Shown here: positions 29,312-39,585 of the stretch, piece after piece
Layout of the letters: each line of letters begins with the position of its first letter
Numbering within the stretch: the first letter of the stretch is position 1
From: a virus
Lineage: Duplodnaviria > Caudoviricetes
Length of the DNA: 64,000 nt
Reading direction: 5' to 3' (one strand)
IMG/VR virus record: IMGVR_UViG_3300021400_000103
The notes under the pieces: model-generated
Told to the model about the DNA's origin: nothing
Database searches by the model: none
Seen by the model: the letters and a program-made list of their open reading frames with translations, nothing else
Made by a program: the position numbers and the translations under genes

Positions 29312-30256
29312 TTACCGAATTCTTCCATTTGACTCCTCCTGTAAAATTGGATACGCCATACCTATAAGTTCCTTGATCTGCGGATGTGGTCTGCCGGTTG
29401 TACCGTGATACCTAAGATCCACAATGTGTTGCCATTCTTCTTCCGTAGCGGTAACTACTATCTCTGTCTTCAGATCCAACGGTAGTACACCCCTCGCTAT
29501 CTCTGCTGGAATGCCACCCTTGCGCAGATTCATATACTGTGTCTCAGCCATCAACATTGCATAGTGCCAGTTCTCATAGTTTAAGATATCTGTCGCATGT
29601 ATATCCGGCGCAATCACCGTAATCTGATGATCATTTTTATCGTTACCATAGTCCACATACCTCGTCGATTCCTGGCTAAAGACTATATTGGCTCGATGGC
29701 GAGTCAATTCATTGGCTACAGCTCTGTTTGTAACAAACTTGAATGTATGTGGAATCATTCTCATCTTGTCACCAACATACTCGTCACTTCTTTCGATTTC
29801 TTTCCTATCCGCAACGATTAGTTTCGGGCTGTCCTGATCAATAAAAATCGGAGTGTCTTCTTTAAAAACTTCAGGGTATTTAACATGGAGCAATGCTTTC
29901 ATCTTATTTATTGGATAATAATTCTGTCGCTCGAACAGCTCCAAAAACGCCCTAAATGACCCAGAGATATAATTAGCGCCACATTGTATATACCGCAGGT
30001 CTTCCGGCAAAGCACCAGCTATGAATTGCTCCATCAAATAATCATCCAGCCAAAAATAAACATATTCATGTTCCAATGTGGTAAGATGCTTATTCGCAGC
30101 CAAAGATGTAACCATCTTAACAGCTGATTCGTCTGTGATCTTATCCTCGGATTTATAACAAGTACGGGCGCATTTTTCTATAAATTTGTATGGGTCAATA
30201 TCGTGCTTAAACAATTCAACAGATTGTCTTGAAATCTTCAACCTTGTTTCCTCCAA
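29312..30256 (-). CDS. thyX: FAD-dependent thymidylate synthase
   Basis: RTCYKSE; LEH; ELTRHR...SQESTRY; ARGVLP; HPQI. Confidence 0.93.
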   Translation of the reverse strand: MEETRLKISRQSVELFKHDIDPYKFIEKCARTCYKSEDKITDESAVKMVTSLAANKHLTTLEHEYVYFWLDDYLMEQFIAGALPEDLRYIQCGANYISGSFRAFLELFERQNYYPINKMKALLHVKYPEVFKEDTPIFIDQDSPKLIVADRKEIERSDEYVGDKMRMIPHTFKFVTNRAVANELTRHRANIVFSQESTRYVDYGNDKNDHQITVIAPDIHATDILNYENWHYAMLMAETQYMNLRKGGIPAEIARGVLPLDLKTEIVVTATEEEWQHIVDLRYHGTTGRPHPQIKELIGMAYPILQEESNGRIR

Positions 30257-30269
30257 TGGTTAGTTACTG

Positions 30270-30464
30270 TCAGTAATCATAATATTTTTGATCGGCATTA
30301 ATATATAAATACCGATCTAGACTTATTGGTATATCAACCAACTTTGCTTTATTTCCACAGATTGGACAACGTTTATTTGTAACGTTTCCGACTGATTCTT
30401 TAAAATCAAACACATGCCCTTCACAACAAAACATGCGTTGTTGTTTCCATTGTTCATTACTCAC
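30270..30464 (-). CDS. Small zinc-ribbon protein
   Basis: CCEGHVF...CPICG. Confidence 0.5.
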   Translation of the reverse strand: MSNEQWKQQRMFCCEGHVFDFKESVGNVTNKRCPICGNKAKLVDIPISLDRYLYINADQKYYDY

Positions 30465-30500
30465 TGTTCATCGGCTACCTCCTTTCTTCAGGTTCTATCG

Positions 30501-30583
30501 TGCACCCGGCGGGACTCGAACCCGCACGGTCAAAGACCCCGGGATTTTAAGTCCCGTGCGGCTGCCAATTACGCCACAGGTGC
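30501..30583 (-). tRNA. tRNA-Leu(UAA)
   Basis: Cloverleaf; CGGGA-CTTAAAA-TCCCG; variable arm. Confidence 0.93.
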
Positions 30584-30604
30584 GTATCTATCTCGGACAC
30601 TATC

Positions 30605-30649
30605 ATCATATCATAGTCTCGCGCATATTGTCAAGTATTAGTTCATGGC
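30605..30649 (-). promoter_or_regulatory. Promoter with conserved upstream box GCCATGAACTAA
   Basis: TTGACA-18-TATGAT; 20/21 identical to 55517-55537. Confidence 0.75.
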
Positions 30650-30698
30650 TTTTTCGAAAAAACGTTCTGCCCACCATTTGGATGGGCAGAAATAATAC

Positions 30699-31622
30699 TT
30701 ATTGCTTTAGAAAATCACCATACTTCATCATGAATCTAGCTTTTGTTGATCGTGGTATTGAGTAATATTTCAGTAATTCTTTCCACAGATCCGGCTCAAA
30801 TAACACATCTTTTGCTGTCACTTTATGCTCATCCGCCATCTGATTAATTTTATCAATCATTCCGCTGGTATATAGACTGTTGGTAGATATAACACCATCA
30901 AAACCCATCTCATCAAAGGCTCTTCGGAACGCTCTAATACAATTCGTATACAACTGTTCGGGAGTTTTAAATTCCGTAGGTGTCTCTGTTGATTTAACAA
31001 TGACTTTACCATACAAGTCATGTAAATTTGGATTTCCAATATATACGCTTTGTTCGTTTGCTTTAAACGCCAGATCAATTAACACTGGAGACACGCTTCT
31101 AACAATACCATTTGGCAGCTTGACCGTCTTATTTTCTACATTAAAGTCTTCGATGTGTAGACTAAGCATATCGCTAAACTTCTTTCCACGAATCCCTTCA
31201 TATACACACATCACCATAAACCGGTCTCTTGGATTCTTGATATTTCCAACGCTCTTCTCTACAACTTCACGAGTTAAGATGCTCATCTTGATCTGTAACT
31301 GATTAACGCATTGATATATCTCCTGGTGAGTAAAGTCAGCAAAATGATTCATGCCATCGTCTACTAAATTATTTCGCATTGCCCAATATACATAATTCTT
31401 CAGGTTGATATGATGTACTAATAACGTCTCAAACGATTTATAGTTTTGATATTTATGAGCTTCAAAAATATCCGATTTTGTAAAATTATATAAGTCTTTT
31501 CCTTTACTAGATTCAATTGGTTCATATCTATCAAACGTCAATGGCCAGTAGTTGTCAGGGTATTTCTTTATATCAATCTCACTCAAAAACCGTTGTTTCT
31601 GTTCCTCATTGTACATTTTCAT
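30699..31622 (-). CDS. Integrase-fold protein lacking a full catalytic set; MrpR/SroF(YopR)-like lytic repressor candidate
   Basis: MYNEEQKQRFL...GKDLYNF; NPRDRF...YEGIRG; SLYTSGMI; no HxxR motif. Confidence 0.6.
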   Translation of the reverse strand: MKMYNEEQKQRFLSEIDIKKYPDNYWPLTFDRYEPIESSKGKDLYNFTKSDIFEAHKYQNYKSFETLLVHHINLKNYVYWAMRNNLVDDGMNHFADFTHQEIYQCVNQLQIKMSILTREVVEKSVGNIKNPRDRFMVMCVYEGIRGKKFSDMLSLHIEDFNVENKTVKLPNGIVRSVSPVLIDLAFKANEQSVYIGNPNLHDLYGKVIVKSTETPTEFKTPEQLYTNCIRAFRRAFDEMGFDGVISTNSLYTSGMIDKINQMADEHKVTAKDVLFEPDLWKELLKYYSIPRSTKARFMMKYGDFLKQ

Positions 31623-32743
31623 ACCTTTTCACCGCCTTCCTGCGGGACAGATATGCCTCCAAAAATACCCATTATCTGCTCATCCGTCCACCTTTCATCT
31701 TTTAACTCTGGGTTGTCATATATCGTTTGTCGTAAGTGCTGCGTTAATAGATTCTTAAATTTGATTTTTTGTATCGATGTCCATTTCTTTTTCGGTAGCA
31801 CCCTAGACAATGCTTTAGATGCTACCCCAAGCCTGACGAGTCCTTCTTTCATATTAATCTTGCCGTGTAATTCCGGTATATCATAGCCTTGATTAATCTC
31901 CTGAAGCAGGAGGTTACATTCATTTCTCTGATCATATCCGGCACTATCGATCCTGCGCATTTTTGTTTTTTGGTCTTCTTGATGGATAAACTGTTTAGCC
32001 CTGGATTCATCAAAGGCAATCAGTCGAACCTCTATCGTCATATCAAAGCTATGATCTTCATCATACACTCGTTCGAACGCCTTTAGTCTGTGGTACCCAT
32101 CGACAATGTCTATACAGCGTAACCTATTAATACACATTATCTTATTTTTATGATCATAATCAAATGGCTTCTCGTCACCCTCGTATGGTATTAAGTTGAG
32201 TGTAATCGTATTGGGAATAAAATCTCCATCCTTAATGAGATTATAGATTTTTTGAACAGCTGTCTGGTTAACAAATGGTTTATATGTTATTTCTTCTCCA
32301 CGAATCATCACTTGTAGTGCCCTTTGCGTATCGGCATTATACCTGATCAATCCCGCATCTCTAAGCTTCATCAGATCAGCAATTTTTAATATTCCAATCC
32401 ATTGATCATAACGTACTTCATGCGCGGGTACATTTATTGGCAAAACAGGATCCTTCTTGATGTATTTTAAACCCTTAAATTGTCTAACTTCACGATCTGT
32501 AAAGAACTCCGGTACAAGCGTTTTATCGAGTTCATTACAAAACCAATAGTTTTCTAACTCATTAAAACTGGATAGACTTTTTCTGCCAGACACAATATCC
32601 GAGATGATATCAACCGGGAGATTATATTTTTGAATTAACCGGTCTCGAAATTCGTCAAAGTTTTCCTTTGTGTTACCTACTTTATATAATCGTTTTTGCA
32701 GCTTGAGTTGCAACTCGTACTTATCTCTTAACATTCGCACCAC
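31619..32743 (-). CDS. DndB/ParB-like (DGxHR) protein, SroE(YopQ)-like candidate
   Basis: YNADTQR; FIPNTITLN; IVDGYHRL; FIHQE. Confidence 0.6.
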   Translation of the reverse strand: MVRMLRDKYELQLKLQKRLYKVGNTKENFDEFRDRLIQKYNLPVDIISDIVSGRKSLSSFNELENYWFCNELDKTLVPEFFTDREVRQFKGLKYIKKDPVLPINVPAHEVRYDQWIGILKIADLMKLRDAGLIRYNADTQRALQVMIRGEEITYKPFVNQTAVQKIYNLIKDGDFIPNTITLNLIPYEGDEKPFDYDHKNKIMCINRLRCIDIVDGYHRLKAFERVYDEDHSFDMTIEVRLIAFDESRAKQFIHQEDQKTKMRRIDSAGYDQRNECNLLLQEINQGYDIPELHGKINMKEGLVRLGVASKALSRVLPKKKWTSIQKIKFKNLLTQHLRQTIYDNPELKDERWTDEQIMGIFGGISVPQEGGEKV

Positions 32744-32779
32744 CTCCTTTCGGTTAGTCCTCTCTGTTTAGTTACTTGC

Positions 32780-32808
32780 ATTATACAATAAAATCGTCAC
32801 AATGTCAA
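32780..32808 (-). promoter_or_regulatory. Consensus promoter of the repressor-like operon
   Basis: TTGACA-17-TATAAT. Confidence 0.8.
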
Positions 32809-32846
32809 AAGGAATGTGCCATAATTATGACACATCCCTTTGTGCA

Positions 32847-33044
32847 TTATGTACGAATACCGTGTTCTTTATACATTCTCCTGATCAACATGTCGTGGCA
32901 ATTTCTCGGCAAAATGAAGGTGTCGTTGGTTTCCTGTTTCTTATAGATAAAGTGCCTGTTCTGCCTTTCCAACACATATCCGTTATCTCGCAATGTCCTT
33001 TGTACATCTCTTAGGGATATTGATCCCTTACCTTTTGAGGCCAA
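32847..33044 (-). CDS. HicA-like mRNA interferase-fold protein (no HicB nearby)
   Basis: LRDNGYVLERQNRHFIYKK...ILP pattern; 65 aa. Confidence 0.65.
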   Translation of the reverse strand: MASKGKGSISLRDVQRTLRDNGYVLERQNRHFIYKKQETNDTFILPRNCHDMLIRRMYKEHGIRT

Positions 33045-33081
33045 TATTCACACCACCTTTTCCGTCGTATAGTTTATAATA

Positions 33082-33423
33082 CTACTCACTCTCTTCCCAT
33101 TCTGCTGGATTATACTGCATACTCAGCCATACCAAGAACGAGATAATGCTATTCCTGCCTTTACTTTGCCAGCTTCCGTCGGGATATGTCCATCTCTCAA
33201 ACATCCAAATAGACGGATTATTCTCTATGATTTTTCCATTATGGTCTCCTTTTGCCATATTTCCTCTATTTGGAGATGCCGACTCTGCCCATGTACTCCA
33301 TGCTCCGTATATTCTATCTGAGAACAAAGGAGGACGATCCTTAGGTTTCATGGCATGAGGGAATATATAATAAGCAAGATCTCTTTCAGATATGTTGTTT
33401 TTGATATACTCATAGTTTGTCAT
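33082..33423 (-). CDS. Hypothetical cassette gene
   Basis: RBS GGGAG adjacent to the 18-bp site. Confidence 0.6.
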   Translation of the reverse strand: MTNYEYIKNNISERDLAYYIFPHAMKPKDRPPLFSDRIYGAWSTWAESASPNRGNMAKGDHNGKIIENNPSIWMFERWTYPDGSWQSKGRNSIISFLVWLSMQYNPAEWEESE

Positions 33424-33640
33424 ATGATCTCCCATCAAACTATTCTTTTATTCTCTTTGCTCTGGTGGAATCAATGAAACCGCCTCATATTCCTTTTGAT
33501 GAATGCATTTTTTAGCATCGCAACACCATTCCCACCAAATATCTTCAACATAGCTTTTTTCACAACTAACACATGGTTCAACCACTAAATATTCATCATC
33601 TGTGAGTATGTTCATATCTAACTCCCATCAAACTTTGTTT

Positions 33641-33853
33641 TTATGCACTGTACTCCACAACTCTATCCATCCCTTTAAATTTAATTCTTATCTTTACGGG
33701 GACTCCATCAGGTATGCTCCCCTTAGATTTATACACTCCTACAATCTCAGCTGTTTCTAATGATTTATGATTTTTTTCGCATTCTTTAGCTTTTTCTTTA
33801 TCCGCATAATCGGTTTTACAAATATCACAAGTATATAATTTCTTTTCGGTCAT
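33641..33853 (-). CDS. Small C2H2-like protein, cassette gene
   Basis: YTCDIC...CEKNH; stop codon inside an 18-bp site. Confidence 0.6.
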   Translation of the reverse strand: MTEKKLYTCDICKTDYADKEKAKECEKNHKSLETAEIVGVYKSKGSIPDGVPVKIRIKFKGMDRVVEYSA

Positions 33854-33865
33854 AATATCCTCCTG

Positions 33866-34081
33866 TCAAATATCTTCTTTATAACATTTTTGTCTTTGTA
33901 TCCTAACCCATTTAACCGCATCCTTGCATTGATTACATACTTTTGAATCAATATGCAATCCTTTTTTATATCTCTCAAATTCATCATTAGAAAATAAAAC
34001 TGGTTCTCCACATATAATACAAGAAGTCCCTATTGTATCTCCATTATTGACCACTTTTTGATGCGACATTACATATTTCAT
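33866..34081 (-). CDS. Small Cys-rich protein, cassette gene
   Basis: CIICG...CNQC; bounded by sites. Confidence 0.6.
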   Translation of the reverse strand: MKYVMSHQKVVNNGDTIGTSCIICGEPVLFSNDEFERYKKGLHIDSKVCNQCKDAVKWVRIQRQKCYKEDI

Positions 34082-34210
34082 TAATAAACCTCCTATCAAA
34101 AGTAGTTTTTATTTAAAAGTCTAAAGCAACCCCTTAACCGTCTATTTTACCCTTAAAATCCTAAAATAGCCTTATTAAAACAAAAAATCTGTTTTAATGT
34201 CATTTTCTTC

Positions 34211-34786
34211 TTAATATCTTATTGTCGTCGGCATATGCGGTACTATGTATTTAAAGTTATCGACTTCTTCCTCAACCATCCGGTCATACGTCAATATAAC
34301 AGTATCTCCCCACCACACCTTCGGATCATAGAATTTAATTTGGCGACCATCTACTTCAAATGCCTTAATAATTTGGGTTTTACCATGTGAATTCTTTTTG
34401 GTGATAACAATATCTCCTACCGGTGTATGTTCCGTATACACCGTAAAATTAGTAGGCACACGATGTGTTTCAACTGTGTTCATTTTTACTTCTCGTTTAG
34501 GTTTTTCTAAATTACGGGTTCCAACCTCCCATTTATATCGACACGCCTGACATGCGAAACGAATATATGTCGTTTTTTGTATGGTTAATTCTTGCGATCT
34601 GCATGTATGCCACACGGGTTCTTGGTTTGTGCTTTCACTAATTGCAATACCAGGTGTTCCACATATTGGACACTCTGTTGCTGATTCCGTAACTTTCCAC
34701 CCTGGAATAGGAGGAATATATCGTTCAAAGTTTTCTTTTTGCTCTTCTGGAGTAGGACAAAATATCCTTCTAAAATCATTAGTCAT
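34211..34786 (-). CDS. Zinc-ribbon hypothetical protein
   Basis: CPICG...CQAC. Confidence 0.55.
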   Translation of the reverse strand: MTNDFRRIFCPTPEEQKENFERYIPPIPGWKVTESATECPICGTPGIAISESTNQEPVWHTCRSQELTIQKTTYIRFACQACRYKWEVGTRNLEKPKREVKMNTVETHRVPTNFTVYTEHTPVGDIVITKKNSHGKTQIIKAFEVDGRQIKFYDPKVWWGDTVILTYDRMVEEEVDNFKYIVPHMPTTIRY

Positions 34787-34813
34787 CTCATATTCTCCTA
34801 TCAAAAATTACTT

Positions 34814-35068
34814 TTATGCTTTTAAAATTATACAAGATATATCAGGATCATACTCACACGACACACCTTTATATTTTGCAACGATACCTTTAGACTTATC
34901 TATTGATTTTTCATTGATCCAATCATATGAAGTTGTAATTAACTCAATAAAATTTCTACCAATAATCATATGTGGTTCTACACCATACTCTGCCTCGAAA
35001 TCATAAATGGCTTTATTAACATCATATTCCCAAAATGAATTGTCTTTAATTTCTACTATTTGTGTCAT
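34814..35068 (-). CDS. Hypothetical protein
   Basis: Stop codon inside site 34800. Confidence 0.55.
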   Translation of the reverse strand: MTQIVEIKDNSFWEYDVNKAIYDFEAEYGVEPHMIIGRNFIELITTSYDWINEKSIDKSKGIVAKYKGVSCEYDPDISCIILKA

Positions 35069-35129
35069 ACAATTTTCTCCTTATAGTCAACGAAAGATCC
35101 AAACATACCTTATTATCTATTCCCTTACA

Positions 35130-35654
35130 TCATTCACCAACAACCTCTATTTGACAGCTTTTCATCACTTCAAGTGCAGCCTTATGCTTCTCCGGTGTAG
35201 TACCTGCACAGCAGGAAGCATCAACAATGATGTTATTCTCTGGGAAGCAAGTCTTTAAGATAAGTGCGTTTGTGATTACACAAATATCCGTGCAAAGACC
35301 GATTATCTCAATGTCCGAATCCTCAAAATTGATAAGATCATTTTCAAGCCAAGACCTGGAACCAAAGGTAGACTTCATACACACAACGTACTCATAGTCC
35401 GTAGGAAGTAGATCAGTAGGAATCTTATGACCATCTGATCCTACAATACAGTGCGGAACCGGCAGATGCCTACCTTCATTCGTTTCCAAGTAATCTTCAT
35501 AATGAGTATCTTGTGTAAACACAATATCCCACTTGTTGTCTACATATTCTTTAATCTTCTTTTTAACATTAGGGATGATAGCAATCGCTTCATCTGTACC
35601 AAGCGCACCATCAATAAAATCTTTCTGCATATCAATAACAACTAATGTTTTCAT
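35130..35654 (-). CDS. Isochorismatase/nicotinamidase-family cysteine hydrolase
   Basis: VIDMQKDF; DTH; HC; KSTFGS; GLCTDICV. Confidence 0.9.
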   Translation of the reverse strand: MKTLVVIDMQKDFIDGALGTDEAIAIIPNVKKKIKEYVDNKWDIVFTQDTHYEDYLETNEGRHLPVPHCIVGSDGHKIPTDLLPTDYEYVVCMKSTFGSRSWLENDLINFEDSDIEIIGLCTDICVITNALILKTCFPENNIIVDASCCAGTTPEKHKAALEVMKSCQIEVVGE

Positions 35655-35681
35655 ATTATTACACCTCGTACAATGTTTACT

Positions 35682-36080
35682 TTATTTTTCTGTTTCCTTT
35701 AATATCTTAAATAACTCCTGTGATATCTGATATTCCTTACTATACTCATTACCTCTGTATTTCAAACTATCAGCATAATCGTATATTTTTGATCGCAATG
35801 CCGGTTTTTCGGTCTGATGAAACATATACTCTTTCATCTTGTCTATGTAACCTTGGTTAATTTCTATAACCGCATCCTTATACATCTTGGATACTTTCTT
35901 TTCCGTGCTTTCCATAGCGTCTTTAATTATATCTGTCATGTCAGGCGGATACAGAAGATAGTTACTATATGATTCTAGGTCGCTTTCAGCCTGATCTAAA
36001 ATCAGCTTAACAAGACCTTTCTTTAAATCTTCTACATTTTCTTCTCCCAAGAGATATATTAATCCGTTTATTTTATCCAT
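35682..36080 (-). CDS. Hypothetical cassette gene
   Basis: Bounded by sites 35668 and 36095. Confidence 0.6.
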   Translation of the reverse strand: MDKINGLIYLLGEENVEDLKKGLVKLILDQAESDLESYSNYLLYPPDMTDIIKDAMESTEKKVSKMYKDAVIEINQGYIDKMKEYMFHQTEKPALRSKIYDYADSLKYRGNEYSKEYQISQELFKILKETEK

Positions 36081-36111
36081 TTATTTCTCCTCCAATCAAA
36101 AGTTTATTTTA

Positions 36112-36264
36112 TTATTCCATATACTCTTCTTCACTATATTCAGCCCAATCTCCTACATCAAAATATCCGCCAGTAACCCAATATACAAATCTTTCCATCC
36201 AATTGTAGAGTTCAACTCCATTATTAGAGTTTATTATTTCTATTAATTTTTCTAAATTCGTCAT
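36112..36264 (-). CDS. 50-aa protein, copy A
   Basis: MTNLEKLIEIINSNNGVELYNWMERFVYWVTGGYFDVGDWAEYSEEEYME. Confidence 0.7.
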   Translation of the reverse strand: MTNLEKLIEIINSNNGVELYNWMERFVYWVTGGYFDVGDWAEYSEEEYME

Positions 36265-36562
36265 GTTTATCCTCCTATTATAAAAATTTTATTTAAATAT
36301 GTTATATGTGACATATTTTTATCAAATATGTTTTATATAACATATTGCCAACGTCAGCAAAATGATATGATTTGCCGACATATCCTAGCCCACCAAGGAC
36401 AGTACCGGATTCAAACAGATCCACCATAAGTCTCAACAACACCGCCCCTGGCATGATGGATATGGCAGTATGATAAAAGTAGTTTGTCTGAAATGAACAA
36501 ACAAGTTTCATACACTTCATAAAGAATTAATCATAATGTTAATCTCCTATAAAAGTTCTATT

Positions 36563-36841
36563 TTATTTTTCATAATAATCACATGGATCATCACTAAACT
36601 TTCCAAGATGATGATACATATCTTTATGACTACAGAATAATCCCCAATCACTACCTCCAGAATAATATTTACAGTTATAACAAATATCGTATCCAGATAA
36701 GTCTTTATTGTGTAAAGTACAATTATGCTCTTTATCTGCTTTAACGACATAATGTGATAGTGTACAACAAGCCACATTAACTTGTTTACTTTTTATCTCA
36801 TAAGAAGACTGTTGACAATATTTACAAGTTTCACATTTCAT
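36563..36841 (-). CDS. Cys-rich hypothetical protein
   Basis: CETCKYC...CYNCKY. Confidence 0.55.
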   Translation of the reverse strand: MKCETCKYCQQSSYEIKSKQVNVACCTLSHYVVKADKEHNCTLHNKDLSGYDICYNCKYYSGGSDWGLFCSHKDMYHHLGKFSDDPCDYYEK

Positions 36842-37374
36842 ATTATCTATCCTCCTTAAATCGCACAAGCCATGTACCATAGTTTGGTTCATACTCAACC
36901 GACTCGCACTGTTTTATTAATTCAGATACTGTGTATGTATCACATAGTTTTACACGAAACCGAGACCCATAACACATACCAACGACAAGGAATACTACAC
37001 CAAATGGGAGCGCAGGAATCCCAATCGCGGACAATTCACTTTTAAATATGATAAGGATTATAAACAAAATAATCCCAATTATTAATAGAACCAATCCAAA
37101 TATCCACATCCAATCGTAGTTAATTTCTTTTATTATCTCCATCAGTATTTTTCCTCTCTTTCGCAATCAATCCATCATTATACCCACTCAAATAAGCCAA
37201 GTCATATAGCCGATTTGCGTATGTTTCCCAGTCATCTGTAGGTGGTTTTAATTCAGATGTCGCTTTCTGTTTTTCAAGTGTTTTGATAGCTAGATCTAGT
37301 AACATTTGAATTAGAATATTTATTGCATATTCTTCGTTTGACATTCGTCTGCCTCCCATCGAAAGTTTACTTTA

Positions 37375-37530
37375 TTATTCCACATACTCTTCTTCGCTAT
37401 ATTTTGCCCATTGTCCTGGGTCAAAATATCCGCCTGGATCAAACCAATACGCAAATTTTTCCATCCAATTGTAGAGTTCAACTCCATTATTGGACTTCAT
37501 TATTTCAATTAATTTTTCTAGATTTGTCAT
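37375..37530 (-). CDS. 51-aa protein, copy B
   Basis: MTNLEKLIEIMKSNNGVELYNWMEKFAYWFDPGGYFDPGQWAKYSEEEYVE. Confidence 0.7.
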   Translation of the reverse strand: MTNLEKLIEIMKSNNGVELYNWMEKFAYWFDPGGYFDPGQWAKYSEEEYVE

Positions 37531-37831
37531 GTGCTTATCCTCATAAAAACTCTATTTATCTTTATATACTTTGCCAAGATAATAACGCAAATATCATATT
37601 TGCTTTTTTTTATTGGTTTTCTGCCCCAGTCCATACCCAAGATTATGAAGTTGCTGTATAGCTACATCCCTCTCCCATTCAATCTGCTCGAAAGCACCTA
37701 TGTAGGTTTTTAAATCCTGCATATATTCCATAAGCTGAACTTTGGAATCAGACTTCGGATCTTCAATATAGAAGCGTATTCTTTCTAACCACTCATAAAC
37801 CTCTTTTGGACTATGCATATCTGGCCTCCAA

Positions 37832-38380
37832 TTAAAATTTCATTGTATAAACAATATTATGTCTGTTAATTAACTCGCTTATCTGATCCACCAAGGATTT
37901 ACATTCATCTTCAACGTATTCTTTAGAACGTACAGGATAATCATCTAGATATTCACTCTCAAATTTGATTCTTCTCTGTACATTCGGATCATCACCCCAA
38001 TATCTCGCCATTAATTCAAAATCTTTACCGTCCCCATAATGACCACAATCAAATCCTAGCCACCACAAATTACTTTCCACAGGATAAGTACCATTATTAT
38101 CATCCGAATAAGTTAATCCACCATGAACATTGAAATATGCATCCATTCTTATTCTGTCATCATCGTCAAATGCTGCGAAAAATATCGGCAGAATACCTCG
38201 ATTACCTATTTCTTCGCCATCTAATTCAGCCTTTGGGATATCTAAGTAATCTGTAAATCCCTTTTTATATAATGGATGCCCTGGTTTGATACCTACATAT
38301 CCGCAGCGATGTCCCATACCACCAAAGATAACTACACATCTGTAACCCTTATATGTAAAATCTGATTCTACCTTATACAT
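37832..38380 (-). CDS. Conserved phage protein (GHRCGYV...VHGGLTYS...WWLGFDCGH)
   Basis: Recognisable motif family; function unknown. Confidence 0.7.
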   Translation of the reverse strand: MYKVESDFTYKGYRCVVIFGGMGHRCGYVGIKPGHPLYKKGFTDYLDIPKAELDGEEIGNRGILPIFFAAFDDDDRIRMDAYFNVHGGLTYSDDNNGTYPVESNLWWLGFDCGHYGDGKDFELMARYWGDDPNVQRRIKFESEYLDDYPVRSKEYVEDECKSLVDQISELINRHNIVYTMKF

Positions 38381-38630
38381 TTAATCTCTTATATTACCTC
38401 CTTCTACCAAATCCTACTACAATATCCGAACCACAGATATCACAATGAATAAAACAATAGCCAGTTTCTTTTTCATACTCTGTTAATTCATTTCGATCAA
38501 TAACCAATCCATATCTTAAATCTTTTGGACACCGACAGATGGCGTATATGTATCTATCATATTTAAGTTGGCCTAATAATTGTGGTTTTGTATGATGATA
38601 TTTCATATTAATCTCCTATAAAACTCTGAT

Positions 38631-39320
38631 TTAACTGTTTGCAATAGATGCTATATTAGATTCAATTTTCTTATATGTGTCATTTGCCATAAGAATGTTT
38701 AGAACTGACTGACTTAACATATTTCTAGTGCTTTCATCAAACACAGTCTTAACATTTTTATTGATTTCTTGACGTATCTTATCAACTTCTTTATCTAAAT
38801 ATGCTTTTACCTCATTGTCTATCCCACAATTAGCTCTAATATATTCATCAAAAGAATATTCATCTGTTTTAATGTCATATTTATCTGAGTAACGATTCTT
38901 CGCTACGGACTTTACAACCTTAAATTTGCCATTATTTATAATATTTTTCATACATCTTTTTACATATTGGATAAATGTCAGTTCTTCTTTTGGCGTATCA
39001 TCCCAAATTAAATCTCCGCCAATAGTAATTTTTTCTGTATTCATATAATCTTCTATGATTTCCTTTATGATTTCCCCAGTCTGCAGCTGTATTTTTTCAT
39101 GAATATCCGCTAAACATTCTTCCTTTATTTGATTAATTACTTCTCGATATAAGTTTTCTTTAAGACTCCGAACAACGGCAGTAACAATACCATTAGCAAA
39201 ATTTTCAGTGTTGAAATTTATATTGATAATTCCATTACTATTTTCTGTACTTGTATTTTCCATACCGTCCATCTCCTCCATTTCCTCCTGAGTTGGTTCA
39301 TAATCTTCATCGTAATACAT
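38631..39320 (-). CDS. Hypothetical helical protein, cassette gene
   Basis: Bounded by sites 38618 and 39335. Confidence 0.6.
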   Translation of the reverse strand: MYYDEDYEPTQEEMEEMDGMENTSTENSNGIININFNTENFANGIVTAVVRSLKENLYREVINQIKEECLADIHEKIQLQTGEIIKEIIEDYMNTEKITIGGDLIWDDTPKEELTFIQYVKRCMKNIINNGKFKVVKSVAKNRYSDKYDIKTDEYSFDEYIRANCGIDNEVKAYLDKEVDKIRQEINKNVKTVFDESTRNMLSQSVLNILMANDTYKKIESNIASIANS

Positions 39321-39585
39321 ATGTATATCCTCCAATAAAAATTCAGTTTTATTGCCTTTCGAAGTTTTTAATTATATACGGTAGTCGCTTCATCCTTGTC
39401 CTTTTACACTTTCGGAGCTAATCCTGACCCACCGCTTAGATGATTAGTTTAAACCACACGAGGGTACTACCATGTGGTTACAGGGCACATATTCATTTAT
39501 ATACCGCAGCGAAACCTCTTCATCAGGAGGGATAATCCGCTAAGATTGGTACCACTGCCACCCCTGCGGTAATAGAAGACTCATT

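Noticed and set aside
39500-39530. Hammerhead or HDV-like ribozyme (CTGATGA on the minus strand)
   Set aside because: No properly placed stem II-GAAA, and the HDV L3/P1.1 requirements are not met
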